A DNA stretch of 64,000 nucleotides, from NCBI GenBank assembly GCA_038087875.1, contig JAXLNO010000315.1, positions 1-64,000 on the forward strand, given 5' to 3'. This DNA is from Malacoraja senta (lineage: Eukaryota). The position numbers and the translations under genes were made by a program. Position 1 is the first letter of the stretch, and each line of letters begins with the position of its first letter. The notes under the pieces are model-generated. The model was not told the DNA's origin, searched no databases, and worked only from the letters and a program-made list of their open reading frames with translations. Positions 33,984 to 47,185 of this stretch are shown here, in pieces.

Positions 33984-36900
33984 AAGGGGGGCGGGGTGTC
34001 AAATGGGATAGTCGAGGATGGAGTTAAAGGGGAAGAGAGTAAAGGGATAGTTAATGACCCCAGAATTAACGGGAAAGGAAGCTCACAAAGGGATATGAGA
34101 GTATGGCCAAGTGTAATAGGGATTGATGTGAAAGGTGAGATGCGTAAGGAATAAAAAGTATTGTATATGAATGCGCGAAGTATAAGAAGTAAAGTAGATG
34201 GGCTTGAGGCTCAGTTAGAGGTTGGTAGATATGACATTGTGGGGATTACTGAGATGTGGCTGCAGGAGGATCGGGCCTGGGAACTTAATATTCAGGGTTA
34301 TACATCCTATAGAAAGGACAGGCAGGTGGGCAGAGGAGGGGGTAGCTCTGCTGGTGAGGGATGGAATTCAGTCCCTTGCGAGGGAAGACATAGGGACTGA
34401 CGAGGTAGAGTCACTGTGGATTGAGGTGAGGAATTGCAAAGGCAAGAAGACACTAATTGGTGTTATCTACGGACCCCCAAATAGTAGCCCGGATGTAGGG
34501 TGTAAGTTGCAGCAGTAGTTAAAACTGGCATGTAACAAAGGTAATGCCACTATGGTGATGGGGGATTTCAATATGCAGGTAGACTGGGAAAATCAGGTTG
34601 GTTCAGGACCCCAAAAAAGAAAGTTTGTAGAATGCCTCCGAGATGGATTCTTAGAGCAGCTTGTAATGGAGCCGACCAGAGAAAAGGCAATTCTGGATTT
34701 AGTGTTGTCCAATGAACCAGATATGATAAGAGAACTCGAGGTAAACGAACAGCTTGGAGGTAGTGATCACAATATGATTAGTTTTAATCTGCAATTTGAG
34801 AAGGAGAACGTTAAATCGGAAATGGCAGTAATGGAGTTGAACAAAGGGGACAATGAAGGCATGAGAGGGGAGCTGGCCAAAGTAGACGGGAAAGGGATCC
34901 TAGCAGGTATGACGGTGGAACAGCAATGGCAGGAATTTCTGGGCATAATCCGGAAGACGCAGGATAATTTCATTCCAAAAAGGAAGAAAGACTCTAAGGG
35001 GAGTAGGAGGCAACCGTGGCTGACAAGAGAAGTTAGGGATAGAATAAAACTAAAAGAAAAGACGTATAACACAGCAAAGAGTAGCCGGAAGCCAGAGGAT
35101 TGGGAAACTTTCATAGGACAACAGAAGGAAACAAAATGGGCAATACGGGCTGAAAAGATGAAGTATGAAGGGAAGCTGGCCAGGAATATAAAGGACAGTA
35201 AAAGCTTCTTTAGATATGTTAAGGGAAAAAGAGTAGCAAAGTCAAATGTGGGTCCCTTGAAGGCAGACACGGGTGAAATTATTATGGGCAACAAGGAAAT
35301 GGCAGAAGAGTTGTATAGGTACTTCGGATCTGTCTTCACTAAGGAAGACACAAACAATCTCCCAGATGTACTGGAGGACAGAGGATCTAAGGGGGTAGAG
35401 GAACTGAAATACATTTTCATTAGGCGAGAAATAGTATTGGGTAGGCTAATGGGACTGAAGGATGATAAATCCCCTGGGCCTGATGGTCTGCATCCCAGGG
35501 TCCTCAGGGAGGTGGCTCTAGAAATAGTGGACGTATTGGTGATCATTTTGCAATGTTCAATAGATTCAGGATCAGTTCCTGTGGATTGGAGGATAGCTAA
35601 TGTTATCCCACTTTTCAAGAAAGGAGCGAGAGAGAAAACGGGGAATTACAGACCAGTTAGCCTGACTTCGGCAGTAGGAGAGACGCTGGAGTTAATTATT
35701 AAAGAGATAATAATGGGGTATTTGGATAGCAGTAAAATGATTAGTCCAAGTCAACATGGATTTATGAAAGGGAAATCATGCTTGACTAATCTTCTGGAAT
35801 TTTTTGAGGATGTGACAAGTAAAATGGATGAAGGGGTGCCAGTGGATGTAGTGTATCTAGACTTTCAGAAAGCCTTTGATAAGGTCCCGCACGGGAGACT
35901 GGTGACTAAAATGAGAGCACATGGTATTGGGGGTAGGGTGTTGACATGGATAGAAAATTGGTTGGCAGACCGGAAGCAAAGAGTAGGAGTGAACGGGTCC
36001 TTTTCAGAATGGCAGGCAGTGGTGAGTGGAGTGCCGCAAGGCTCGGTGTTGGGGCCGCAACTGTTTACCATATATATTAATGATTTGGAAGAGGGAATTA
36101 GGAGCAACACTAGCAAGTTTGCGGATGACACAAAGCTGGGTGGCAGTGTGAACTGTGAAGAGGATGTTAGGAGGTTGGAGGGTGACCTGGACAGGTTGAG
36201 TGAGTGGGCAGATGCGTGGCAGATGCAGTATAATATAGATAAATGTGAGGTTATCCACTTTGGCGGCAAAAACAAGGGGTCAGATTATTATCTCAATGGG
36301 GTTAGGTTAGGTAAGGGGGAGATGCAGCGAGACCTGGGCGTCCTTGTACACCGGTCACTGAAAGTTGGCGTGCAGGTACAGCAGGCAGTGAAGAAAGCTA
36401 ATGGAATGTTGGCCTTAATAATAAGAGGATTTCAGTATAGGAGTAAAGAGGTTCTTCTGCAGTTGTATAGGGCTCTGGTGAGACCACATCTGGAGCATTG
36501 TGTACAGTTTTGGTCTCCTAATTTGAGGAAGGACATCCTTGTGATTGAGGCAGTGCAGCGTAGGTTCACGAGATTGATCCCTGGGATGGCGGGAATGAGG
36601 AAAGATTGAAAAGACTAGGCTTGTATTCACTGGAGTTGAGAAGGATGAGGGGGGAATCTTATAGAAACATATAAAATGATAAAAGGACTGGACAAGCTAG
36701 ATGCAGGAAAGATTTTCCCCGATGTTGGGCGAGTCCAGAACCAGGGGCCACAGTCTTAGAATAAAGGGGAGGTCATTTAAGACTGAGGTGAGAAAAAACT
36801 TTTTCACTCAGAGAGTTGTGAATTTATGGAATTCCCTGCCACAGAGGGCAATGGAGGCCAAATCACTGGATGGATTTAAGAGAGAGTAAGTTAGAGTTCT

Positions 36901-37040
36901 AGGGGCTAGTGGAGTCAGGGGATATGGGGAGAAGGCAGCCACGGGTTATTGATAGGGGACGACAGCCATGATCACAATGAATGGCTGTGCTGGCTCGAAG
37001 GGCCGAATGGCCTCCTCCTGCACCTATTTTCTATGTTTCT
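33984..37040 (+). mobile_element. CR1 LINE, near-complete ORF2 with a few disruptions
   Basis: ORFs 34161..34400, 34222..34518, 34552..36609, 36701..36889; TTTCTATG tail. Confidence 0.95.
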
Positions 37041-37180
37041 AGAAGGAATGGGTGATGAAGAAGGATCTCGACCCGAAACGTCACCATTTCCTTCTCTCGA
37101 GAGATGCTGCCTGTCCCGCTGATTTACTCCAGCTTTTTTGTCAATCTTCGGTTTAAACCAGCATCTGCAGTTCCTTCCGA
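37041..37180 (+). mobile_element. Penelope pseudo-LTR fragment with short inverted lead
   Basis: TGAAGAAGGATCTCGACCCGAAACGTC; matches the other pLTR copies. Confidence 0.75.
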
Positions 37181-37649
37181 CACTTCTCTGTTCCATTTCC
37201 AGCTTGATAGAGAAATAGAGAAATCGTGTAATAGAGAAATTTACAAAACGGATTATCTGATGGAACTTTTAATCGCAATAAAGATGGGTTATTTAAAAGA
37301 TGATGATCCACAGCACATTGTTGAGTGTCTCGCACCCTGATGTTAATGTGGATGGAAGGTGTGATGAGAGGCATAGATAGTCATACAGTGTGGAAAAAGG
37401 CCCTTCGGCCCAACTCGCCCACACCAGCCAACAATATCCCAATACCCTAGTCCCACTTGCCTGCTCTTGGTCCATAGCCCTCCAAACTTGTCCTACCCCT
37501 GTACCTGTCCAACTGTTTCTTAAACGATGGGATAGTCCCAGCCACAACTACCTCCTCTGGCAGCTTGTTCCATACTCCCACCACCCTCTGTGTAAAAAAG
37601 TTACCCCTCTAATTCCTATTAATTCTTTTCCTTCAGCTTGAACCTATGC

Positions 37650-38360
37650 CTCATCGCCAAAACTCACCAACAAGCACCAAGACCTGGTTTAGCTGGTGGT
37701 GAGGGGAGCCCTTCCAGTCAAATCCTTCCTGCACCGTCGGAACCTCACTACCAGTGCACGCTGCCCTTGGGACGGCTGCTATGGAGAGGAGACGGTTGCC
37801 CACCTCTTTGCAGAGTGTGGATTTGCAAAGGCAGTCTGGAGAGGTTTGCAAGGGTCCCTGTCACAATTTATTCCGAACAGCTCTGTCACAGAGGACTCTG
37901 TGATTTACGGACTGTTCCCAGGGACGCATTCAGAGACTGACTTCAAGTGCTGCTGGAGGGTCATCAACTCGGTGAAATACGCTCTTTGGTCTGCCCGAGC
38001 GTTGTTGACCACCCAGCGAGCGAGATGTTTGTCGGGGAATGTTGCCGACTGGCCCGCTGCAGACTGCAGGAGTACGTGCTGAGGGACGCACTGAAGCTTG
38101 GTGCAGCCAACGCCAAGGCTCGGTGGGGGAGGGCCACAGTCTAGGGTCCTTCCACTGCTGGACATGGGAGGCAGGGTGTGATTGAGATGCCCCTCAAAAT
38201 AAGGGGATTCCACACCAGTGGGCCACATGAGTGGCAAGGGTGGGGGATAAATTTGTGTAATTTGTGTAAACAGTATTGAATGTATGAATAGCCTTCCGTA
38301 AGGATTGTGTATTGTATACATTTATTTCTCGAATAAAGTCTATTTTGAAATTTAAAAAAA
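37650..38360 (+). mobile_element. Tx1-clade LINE 3' end
   Basis: CPWDGCYGEETVAHLFAEC zinc knuckle, ALWSAR; AATAAA and A tail. Confidence 0.85.
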
Positions 38361-39246
38361 TCATACCTTTGGTATGCAAGCAAAGAATCTCACTGTGACT
38401 TGTCACAGGTGACAGTAGAGTATTCCATTCAATTGCAGCTCCACTTTACACCATTTCTCCAAAGGACAGACACTGTTACATCTGTTGGCGCAAGGGAAAC
38501 TGCAAGCAACTCTCTTCTGCTATTGGGGCATCTGTCGGGTAAATTACAAATGTAGGTCTACATTTCCACTTTACCCAACAGATGTTCCAATAGCAGATGA
38601 GAGGTGCTTGCAGTTTCCCTTACACCAACAGATGTCTCGCTAGATAGACACAAAATGCTGGAGTAACTCAGCGGGACAGGCAGCATCCCTGGAGAAAAGG
38701 AACGGGCGTCTCGCGAAGACAGACGAGTAGCCTGCAGTTCCACTTTACACCAACAGGAGTCTCAATAGCACAGGTGAGTTGCTTGCAGTTCCATGTTACA
38801 CCAACAGGTGTCTCACTAGCACAGGTGAGTTGCTTGCACTTCCATTTTGCACCGACAGGAGTCTCACTAGCACAGGCGAGTAGCCTGCAGTTTCACTTTA
38901 CACCAACAGGAGACGCACTAGCACAGGTGAGTTGCTTGCACTTGCACTTTACACCGACAGGAGTCTCGCAAGCACAGGTGAGTTGCTTGCAGTTCCACTT
39001 TACACCAACAGATGGTTCGCTGGTACACAAAAATGCTGGAGAAACTCAGCGGGACAGGCAGCATCCCTGGAGAAAAGGAACGGGCGTCTCGCGAAGACAG
39101 ATGAGTAGCCTGCAGTTCCACTTTACACCAACAGGAGTCTCAATAGCACAGGTGAGTTGCTTGCAGTTCCATGTTACACCAACAGGTGTCTCACTAGCAC
39201 AGGTGAGTTGCTTGCACTTCCATTTTGCACCGACAGCAAAGGAAAT

Positions 39247-39281
39247 AGGCAACGTTTCGGGCCGAAACCCTTCTTCAGACT
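39247..39281 (-). ncRNA. Minimal hammerhead-ribozyme-like motif in a Penelope pLTR
   Basis: CTGAAGA-A-GGGT(TTCG)GCCC-GAAACGTT; PLE pLTRs are known to carry minimal type I hammerheads. Confidence 0.6.
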
Positions 39282-39389
39282 CTAAGCGACTTTGAGTTCT
39301 GAAAAGCGCTATATAAATAAATCTATTACTCGCTGGTACAGGTGAGTTGCCTGCAGTTGCACTTTACACCAACAGGAGTCTCACTAGTG

Positions 39390-39960
39390 GTAGGGCACTT
39401 TATACAGAGCCCTGGTGAGACCACACCTGGAGTATATATTATTTGCAGTTTTGGTCCCTGATTTGAGGAAGGACATTCTTGCTATTGAAGGAGTGCAGCG
39501 TAGGTTCACCAGGTTAATTCCCGAGATGGCGGAACTGACATATGATGAAAGAATTAATCGACTGGGCTTGTATTCACTGGAGTTTATAAGGATGAGAGGG
39601 AATCTTACAGAAACATAAAATTCTTGAGGGATTGAACAGGCCAGATGCAGCAAAATATTTCCCATGTTGGGGGAGTCCAGAACCAGGGGTCATAGTTTAG
39701 GACTGAGATGAGGAAAAACATTTTCACCCAGAGAGTTGTGAATTTGTGGAATTCTCTGCCACAAAAGGCAGTGGAAGCCAATTCACTGAACGTTTAAGAG
39801 ATAGATTTAGCTCTTAGGGCTAAAGGAATCAAGGGATATGAGGAAAAAGCAGGAAAGGGGTACTGATTTTGGATGATCAGCCATGATCATATTGAATGGT
39901 GGTGCTGGCTCGAAGGGCCGAATGGCCTACTCTGCACCTATTTTCTATTTTTCTATGTTT
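39390..39960 (+). mobile_element. CR1 3' fragment
   Basis: RPHLEY..VQRRFTRLIP; TTTCTATG tail. Confidence 0.9.
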
Positions 39961-40029
39961 CGGGCACAGGAGAGTTGCCTGTAGTTCCATTTTAACACCA
40001 ACAGGCGTCTCAATAGCACTAGCGAGAGT

Positions 40030-40732
40030 TAAGCCCGTCCCACTTAGGAAACCTGAACAAAAACCTCTGATGACCTTGCCCGCGACCCAAGGTTTCCATG
40101 ACGTCGCCGGAGGTTTTGGTCACTCGCCTGGAAAGCCTCGAGCTGGATCGACCGAAGCGTGAGCTGCATCTACCGACCAAAGATACTGCTACCGACCGCA
40201 CACACACACACACATTGCGAAGGTGGGGGCCATGGAGAGCGGAGGAGCGCTGTCTGCACGATGAAGAGGAAGGTAAACGGCTGCCACAGAGCACGGTAAG
40301 TCCTTTAGAGAGTGTGTGGGGGGTGGAGAAGGGGAGAGGGAGAGAGAAGGGAGAGAGGAGGGGGGGGGAGGTGGAGGAGGGGGGAGGAGGAGGGGAGAAG
40401 GAGTGGAGACAGTTTTAAGAAGTTTAATAAAGTTTAGCGGGTCTTCTAGGTCATGAAACTCCAATGAGCCAATCAAAATGGCCGGTCAGCAAAGGAGATG
40501 GCCTTCGACTGCCTATAAGTAAATAGCGACCCCACTCCACTGGCTTTGACCAAACGGCAACCTATTTTTAGTCAAGGCCGTTTTTTATCATGTTGAAACA
40601 ATCGAAGCAGCCTAGCAGAAGCCTCGACCACGCGGAAACCATGTGGGAGATCATTAGGGAGAGTGACCAAAACCTCCAGCGACCTCATGGAAACCTTGGG
40701 TCGCGGGCAAGGTCACCAGAGGGGTCCGGGAC
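40030..40732. mobile_element. Harbinger-like MITE with damaged right end
   Basis: About 60-bp inverted repeats 40063-40125 / 40660-40722; GTCCCACTT terminal motif as in 25164. Confidence 0.65.
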
Positions 40733-43700
40733 AGGAGCTTTTACTTGCAGTTCCACTTTCCACCAACAGCTGTCTCTAGCACAGACATTGTTACTTGCGG
40801 TTCTACTTTACACCGACAGGTGCCTTGATTATCACACAAGAGCGTAATAACCTATGGTTCCAATTTGCATCACCAGCTGTCTTTGTTAAGACAGAGTCAA
40901 CAATAACTTGCATTTTCACTGTGCAATGTCTAAACAGTCATGTTTTATGACCTCCAGTGTTTTTAACACCATCCGGCCTGCACTGCTAGGGAGCAAACTG
41001 ACGAAGATGCAGGTGGATGCTCCATTGGTGTCCTGGATCATCAACTACCTGACTATGACCACAATATGTCAGGTTACAGAACTGTCTCGTACATGGTGGT
41101 GAGCAACACAGGGGCCCCACAGGGGACGGTCCTCTCTCCCTTCCTGTTCACCATCTAAACCTCAGACAAGATATAACTCGGACTCCTGTCACCTGCAGAG
41201 GTTTTCAGATAACTCTGCAATTGTGGGCTGCATCAGTGAGGGGAGGGAAGCTGAATAGTAAGATTAAACGAGAACTTACCAGTTTGAAGTTTGATCTTTA
41301 TTTTATGAGGAGTTACGTTGGTGATTGCGTGAAGAAGTCCCGTCAGGGCGCATGCGCGTCAATCTTCAAAGCAGCGGTGTGAAATCACAAAACACCAATA
41401 ACGAAGTAACATAGTAACATAGTAAAAACGAGTAAATTTTAGAACTTCCAGCTGACCTTTATGAAAGAGGATTGGGCGTGGTGGGCACGTAATTACCAAC
41501 GTAACTCCTCATAAAATAAAGATCAAACTTCAAACTGGTAAGTTCTCGTTTAATCTTACTATTTTACTTCGGAGTCACGTGAGTGACTACGTGAAGACTT
41601 TAAAGCTTTGTGTTTCATGCCGCAGATTCAAATTCCGGCTTCTCACTGCATTGATTGACTCAGAACGAGAAATACTCAATAATGCATTAATGACATTTGC
41701 ATGAAAAAAAGCAGTAATTCATTTATTTGAATAATAGAATTAACAGTATCCCCTTTAACCCAGGGGAATTTAAGCAGAACTTAATATAGTATCTGCAAAC
41801 AGCCCCGTATTGGCAATAGGCCGAAGGTAAAAGTGTTGAAACCAACTTATTAGATCACCCGGCGACTGCGAGAATATGGTCGACGGGACGTCCTTCGCCC
41901 TGGCCGCCGATGTTGCTGCTAAATCGAATGGGATGTAAAAACATCACTGTTAACACCTGCAGCAACCAAGACTTGTTTTAACCATCTTGAAATAGTCTGA
42001 ACTGACACTATCTTGTATGGTTTTTCGTGAATGATAAACAATCTTGTTTTCATATTTCATAAGACCTTTGTAGCCTCAATGTATTGCAACAAATATGTCT
42101 TAACACATAGACATGGATCCATGGGCTATGCTAATAAAACACTCTTGAATCCTGTCACACCTGACCCTACTTCATTTGAGTAGGTCATAAATGTAAAACA
42201 TAACATTATCCTGAGGTACTTCCATCCTGTGTATCTGTAACTTTTGTAATGTCTGCACTCTCTGTGCTTGTTACAAGTGCCGTAAGCATGACTACCTTCA
42301 TGCTGAATTTGGCCAAAATCAGAATCGTACCAAGAGTCCATTGATGAAGTAGCTTAAAACCACTCTATATTCTAGATTGCCATACCTAGGTTTAGAAGGT
42401 CTGGAATTAAAATTCCTTTCATTAATCTGGAAACGAAAGAACGAGACTTAACAGGATGTCTTTCCGACCCCATCAATAAAAAACGAGGACAACGAGTAAA
42501 TCGCACTATAACTCAACCCCTCATAATAGTGTTGAGAAAACCCAAGACATTTGAGACATGTGCCGTACAACATTCAATATTCTTTTGTACACAGAAAATT
42601 TTCCCATTCTTTACATAATGGCAAAGCAGCATTTACAGAGTCACAACCTCAGATTTGCAAATGTACTGCTTTTGAGTGCTCTTCCGCCAGACTGCTGTAA
42701 GCATGTCCACAGCATGCCCAGACAATCCTCTTTTTAAAACCTGCAAATTAACAGATCCATGCAGGCATATAATGGATGTTACTCTCCATTTATCGGATAC
42801 ACCAGTAAATCCCTTCCTTTTGGGAACCTTTATCAGAAACTGTGTCATTAATCCTAATATCAAAGGGAACCATTGCTGCGTAGACCAGTCCGGTACCACC
42901 AGTACCCCAGAGGCAGCATCCTGCTTCATTTTAAGCAGACACCGGTTTATGAGACAGAATGATGGAAAATGCATATAAAAACATACCACCTTAATGTAGC
43001 GAGAAAGCATCAATCGCTACTGTCTCCCGATGTAGTTCCCATAACACATATCTCTGTAACTGGTGATTGAGTCTGGATGGAAACAAGTCATATCTGGCTT
43101 CCCAAATCTGACTACTATATCATTAAAATCTTAAGATTCAACATCCATTCTTTGTTATCATGGAAATTCCCGTAACCTGGTGTCTGCTACTATATTGAAT
43201 CTACCTGGTAGATAAATAGCTGAAACCAAATATTTGTCAACACACCAAGTCCAGATTTGATTAGCCAATTTGTCACATGACACCGACTTAATTCCACCCA
43301 TACGATTAATACATGCCATTGCTGTAGTATTGTTAATTTGAACATGCAGATTAGTTGTATTAACAAGCTTGGAGCTCATAATCCTTCCAACAGCTGTAAA
43401 ACGTTGATTCTCCATGTCTGCAAAAAATAATGCCTCTTCCATATTCCATCTGTCCACAGATGGATACCATTTCAGAGGCACCAATCCTAGTGCACTGACA
43501 TCAGTATGTAAGACCATGGAAGGCTGTTCAATCAGTATCTTGCTCGAACTACTGGAGACATGTTAAATCCACCACTGCAAATCAGAAGCAGCATTTGTTG
43601 TTTAACTGCATGGCCTATCAAAATGGCCACCATGCATCTTAGTGCCTTTTCTTTTTGCCGTCTGTAGCTGCTGGTAGTGCAATGGCCCATATTGTATTGC

Positions 43701-45418
43701 TGGAAATAACACTAATTTTCCTAGCAAGCTGGCAATTAACAGTCTTAATTGAAGATTGGTGCTTTTTCAACAGCTTAATGCAACCATCAATCAGCTCTAC
43801 CCTTTACCCTGGGTAAAATTACTACCATGTCAATTGAATCAATTGTGAAATTAAAATAATCAATTGTTGTAAGTGGCGTTAACCTTGATTTCCCTGGATG
43901 AATTAAACCCAAAACTTTCAAAAGTGGATTGAACAATTGAGAGAGATAACTCACTAATTCTCTTGTTCGTCCTAATTAGGACATCATCCAGTTAAGCCAT
44001 CAACATCTGTCCTTGGACTCTAATTAGCCCCAAAATTGGTTTTACCAATTTAGTGAAATTCTAGGAACTGAAGTTAACCCATTAGACAGAACTTTGAATT
44101 GCCATAATTGTTTCGTTCAGATAAATTTCAAATATTTTTATCTTACAAATGAACAGACACTGAGTAATATACATCTTTCAGATCTATAGGTGCCATATAA
44201 CATCTTTTGAAATAAGTTGTTTGGCAGTCTCAAAGTCTCCATTTTGAAGTGTCTATACTTCACAACATTTTAAAGACTTGTCAGATCTAAAATACTCCTC
44301 ACCTTTTTAGGTCGAGAAAATGTAAACACAATTTGGTGGTTTTGATAAACCAACCTTTCAATTACTTGTTTATAGACAAGTTTTCAAATTCAGCTTGAAC
44401 CTCCATCACTTCTTTTTGTGAAATTGGAGTGTTCTGCTAGGAACATGCTGGATGGCAAATCACTATTTGGATCGAATCAATTTGAAACCTTTGATATAAT
44501 ACTCAGAATAATGAATCTGAAATAATTTGCTTCCAATATTTGGCTGTTTTTGCCTTAATATGTTCCCATGAGAACCAGATCCACCTACCTCCTTTGTCAC
44601 CTGAGTGACCTGTGGTCCCTGGCTCCTGGCAGGAAAACCCACGCTTTTTTGTGTTCCCGATGCTGGACGCCAACTGCGCCCCTGCTTCAATGGTCGACTT
44701 GTTCCTGATGTAGGCCCAGGATTCTGTATGATGTCTGAAAGGATACCTCCTCTTCACAGACTTGCCGACCATCGATGTTTTGATCAACCTTGCTGTTTTT
44801 GCCTCATCATCCAACTCTTTCCCACGTTTCGTGAGATTTTTCTCCGAAGAGTACGTTGAGTGACTGCACATTGCTGGGCTTTACAGAGTTGCTGCAACTT
44901 GGGGTTGATGGTGGGCCAAATGGCATACTTCCTGAAACAATTCATCTCGAAGTGGGCGCTACATAGCAACCCTAGTGCCTCTTGATGCATCTCCATCCCT
45001 GGCCTCCATCCATTGTTCTTGCAAAAATGCAGTTGTTCCTCAACCCAGCAGCTTCAATATTCTCTGCAGTTTTATTTCTTAGGCTCACATGCCCTCGCCC
45101 ATCTTGTAAAGACTGTCCAAACTCATGGTGTCTTCACTCTAGTTTATTGCATACATTGTATTCGTATACACACATATTGCCCTAGCTGTTCGTGGTCCGT
45201 TACCGGAGCTAGAGAGCGAGCTAGGGGTGGGAAGGTTACATTTATACTGAAGCTAATGGGGAGTGGTTAGCAGAAGTGAGGTCACCATGTTAAAGGAACA
45301 TGCACGGCTCTACATCCTTCCCCTTGAAAAGGGAAACATAGCAATGATGACAGTGAGACCACGACTCATACGGTAGGCACAAACCCGCGCGTACATCGTC
45401 AGGAAAAACTTAAAACAT

Positions 45419-47041
45419 TCAAGCAAACTCCCCGTAACGTTCAGGCGGCTTGACCAGACGCCCGGAGCGGGTATGCAGCCCGCCTCTCCCCCCCTCCGAA
45501 GGTAGAGTGGGCACCGGGGCAGGAGCGGCGATAGGGGAACCGAAAGGGGAGTGAGCAGGAGGGGGAGAACGAGGAGACCGGGGAGGAGACAAGGGCACCG
45601 CAACGGGCACGCGAGCGGGAGATGGCTGATGGGGGGGGCCAGGAGGAGCAGCGGGAGAACGGGGCGCCAAGGGTCGCGAGGGCAGAGGAGCGGGAGGCAA
45701 CGAGGCGGCAACCGGGGGAGCAAAAGGGGCTGCGGGAGGCGGAGCGGGCTCGTTGACCGGCAGCAAATGCTGGCGGGACCGGCGGTAGATTGTGCCCTCG
45801 TAGTCAACCAGGTAAGAGCGCGGAGAGTCGGCAAAGCCGATGACAACAGCCAAGCGGTGGTGTCCGGAGGGGGACTGCATCCGGACGACCTGGCCCTCGA
45901 AGAGGGGCTGAAGGGGACGGCATGACTTGTCGTGGGAGCGCTTCTGGACGACCTGTTTCTGGGTAATACGCTTCTGGACAGCAGCAGGGCTGCGGACTGC
46001 GGGCTGTAGCGACCGCTGGGAGACAGGGATTGGAGGGCGAGTGGTGCGGGACATGAGCCGTTGAGCCGGTGAGCCCATGGCAGGGTCGCGACTAATATTT
46101 CGGAGATTCAGTAGAGCGAGATAAAAATCCGAATGCGACAGTCTGCAATGTTCCAGCAGCTCCTTGGCACTGCGGACGGCGCGCTCAGCAAGGCCGTTGC
46201 TCTGCGGGTACTCCGGGCTGCTGGTGATGTGGCGAAAGTTGTAGGCGGCGGCGAATGCGCGGAACTCAGCACTCGTGAACTGGCCCCCGTTGTCAGACTG
46301 CACAGTCACAGGAATGCCAAAGGTTGCAAAGAGGGGTTGCAACGTCCCGATGACCGCAGCAGAAGTGAGGGAGTGCAGACGCTTAATCTCGAACCAGATG
46401 GAGTAAGAGTCGACCAGGACCAGGAAATGTTTGCCACGCCACTCAAATATGTCCGTAGCGACCGCCATCCACGCCAGGGCGGGGGCAGGCTGTTGCAGGA
46501 GTGGCTGGCGTTGCTGGTGTGGAGAGAGGGTATTGCAGGTGGAGCAGGCAGAGACCCTCTCCCGGATGTCCTGTGCCATGCTGGGCCAATAAAATTGGCT
46601 CTGGGCCTGGGACAGGGTGGCATCGGCACCGGGATGGCCGTTGTGGGCAGTTTGGAAATAGTGGTCCCGCAGAGCGGCGGGCACCACAACCTTGTGGCCC
46701 TTCACCACCACGCCGCCCTGCAGCACAAGTTCGTCCCGGACTAGGAAGTAGGGCGCAGCACCAGCCGGCAAGGGTGAGCGACGGTCAGGCCAGCCGCGAC
46801 GGATGACGTCTATAAGCTGTTGCAGGGCAGGATCCTTGGCAGTGTGCTGAATCAGGGACTGCATCTGCTGGGAAGGCATGAAGTTGACGTTTAGCACCAT
46901 CAGGTCGGATGACTCGTACGGGTGGCGGGCTGTAGACGCCAGCGGTGCGCGGGACAGCGTGTCAGCCACAAACATGTCCTTGCCCTTGCGGTACACGATT
47001 TGAAACGTGAAGCGTTGGAGCTGCAGCATCATACGCTGCAA
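45419..47041 (-). CDS. Gypsy integrase (HHCC, DD35E, Pro-rich tail) preceded by the RNase H end
   Basis: AHNGHPG..CSTC; ATDIF, SDNG, NGLAE with D-35-E spacing; TRSGRLVKPPERY. Confidence 0.92.
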   Translation of the reverse strand: MQRMMLQLQRFTFQIVYRKGKDMFVADTLSRAPLASTARHPYESSDLMVLNVNFMPSQQMQSLIQHTAKDPALQQLIDVIRRGWPDRRSPLPAGAAPYFLVRDELVLQGGVVVKGHKVVVPAALRDHYFQTAHNGHPGADATLSQAQSQFYWPSMAQDIRERVSACSTCNTLSPHQQRQPLLQQPAPALAWMAVATDIFEWRGKHFLVLVDSYSIWFEIKRLHSLTSAAVIGTLQPLFATFGIPVTVQSDNGGQFTSAEFRAFAAAYNFRHITSSPEYPQSNGLAERAVRSAKELLEHCRLSHSDFYLALLNLRNISRDPAMGSPAQRLMSRTTRPPIPVSQRSLQPAVRSPAAVQKRITQKQVVQKRSHDKSCRPLQPLFEGQVVRMQSPSGHHRLAVVIGFADSPRSYLVDYEGTIYRRSRQHLLPVNEPAPPPAAPFAPPVAASLPPAPLPSRPLAPRSPAAPPGPPHQPSPARVPVAVPLSPPRSPRSPPPAHSPFGSPIAAPAPVPTLPSEGGRGGLHTRSGRLVKPPERYGEFA

Positions 47042-47185
47042 ACGGGAAGAGGCAACGTGGATCGGTTTGTTTAAGATCGTGACCAGCGGCTGGTGGTCGG
47101 TTTCGATAGTGAAGGTGTTACCTATAATGTAGTCCCTGTCCAGAAGTTAACCCTGCGTCTCCTGTTAATCGGGTTTGTTTTCTTT

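Larger units (their letters stand above)
38433..40830. repeat. 51-bp minisatellite interrupted by several insertions
   Basis: Unit GCAGTTCCACTTTACACCAACAGGAGTCTCACTAGCACAGGTGAGTTGCTT; best conserved 38720-39390. Confidence 0.9.

Noticed and set aside
34767..36275. Long antisense ORFs over CR1 (also 15897-18395)
   Set aside because: Common shadow frames of CR1 codon usage, with no domain motifs
38774..39295. 173-aa repeat protein
   Set aside because: Non-ATG start; reads through Penelope fragments; openness is explained by the 51-bp unit
38433..40830. CRISPR-like array
   Set aside because: Units are head-to-tail without unique spacers; the interruptions are TE fragments; eukaryotic context with no cas genes
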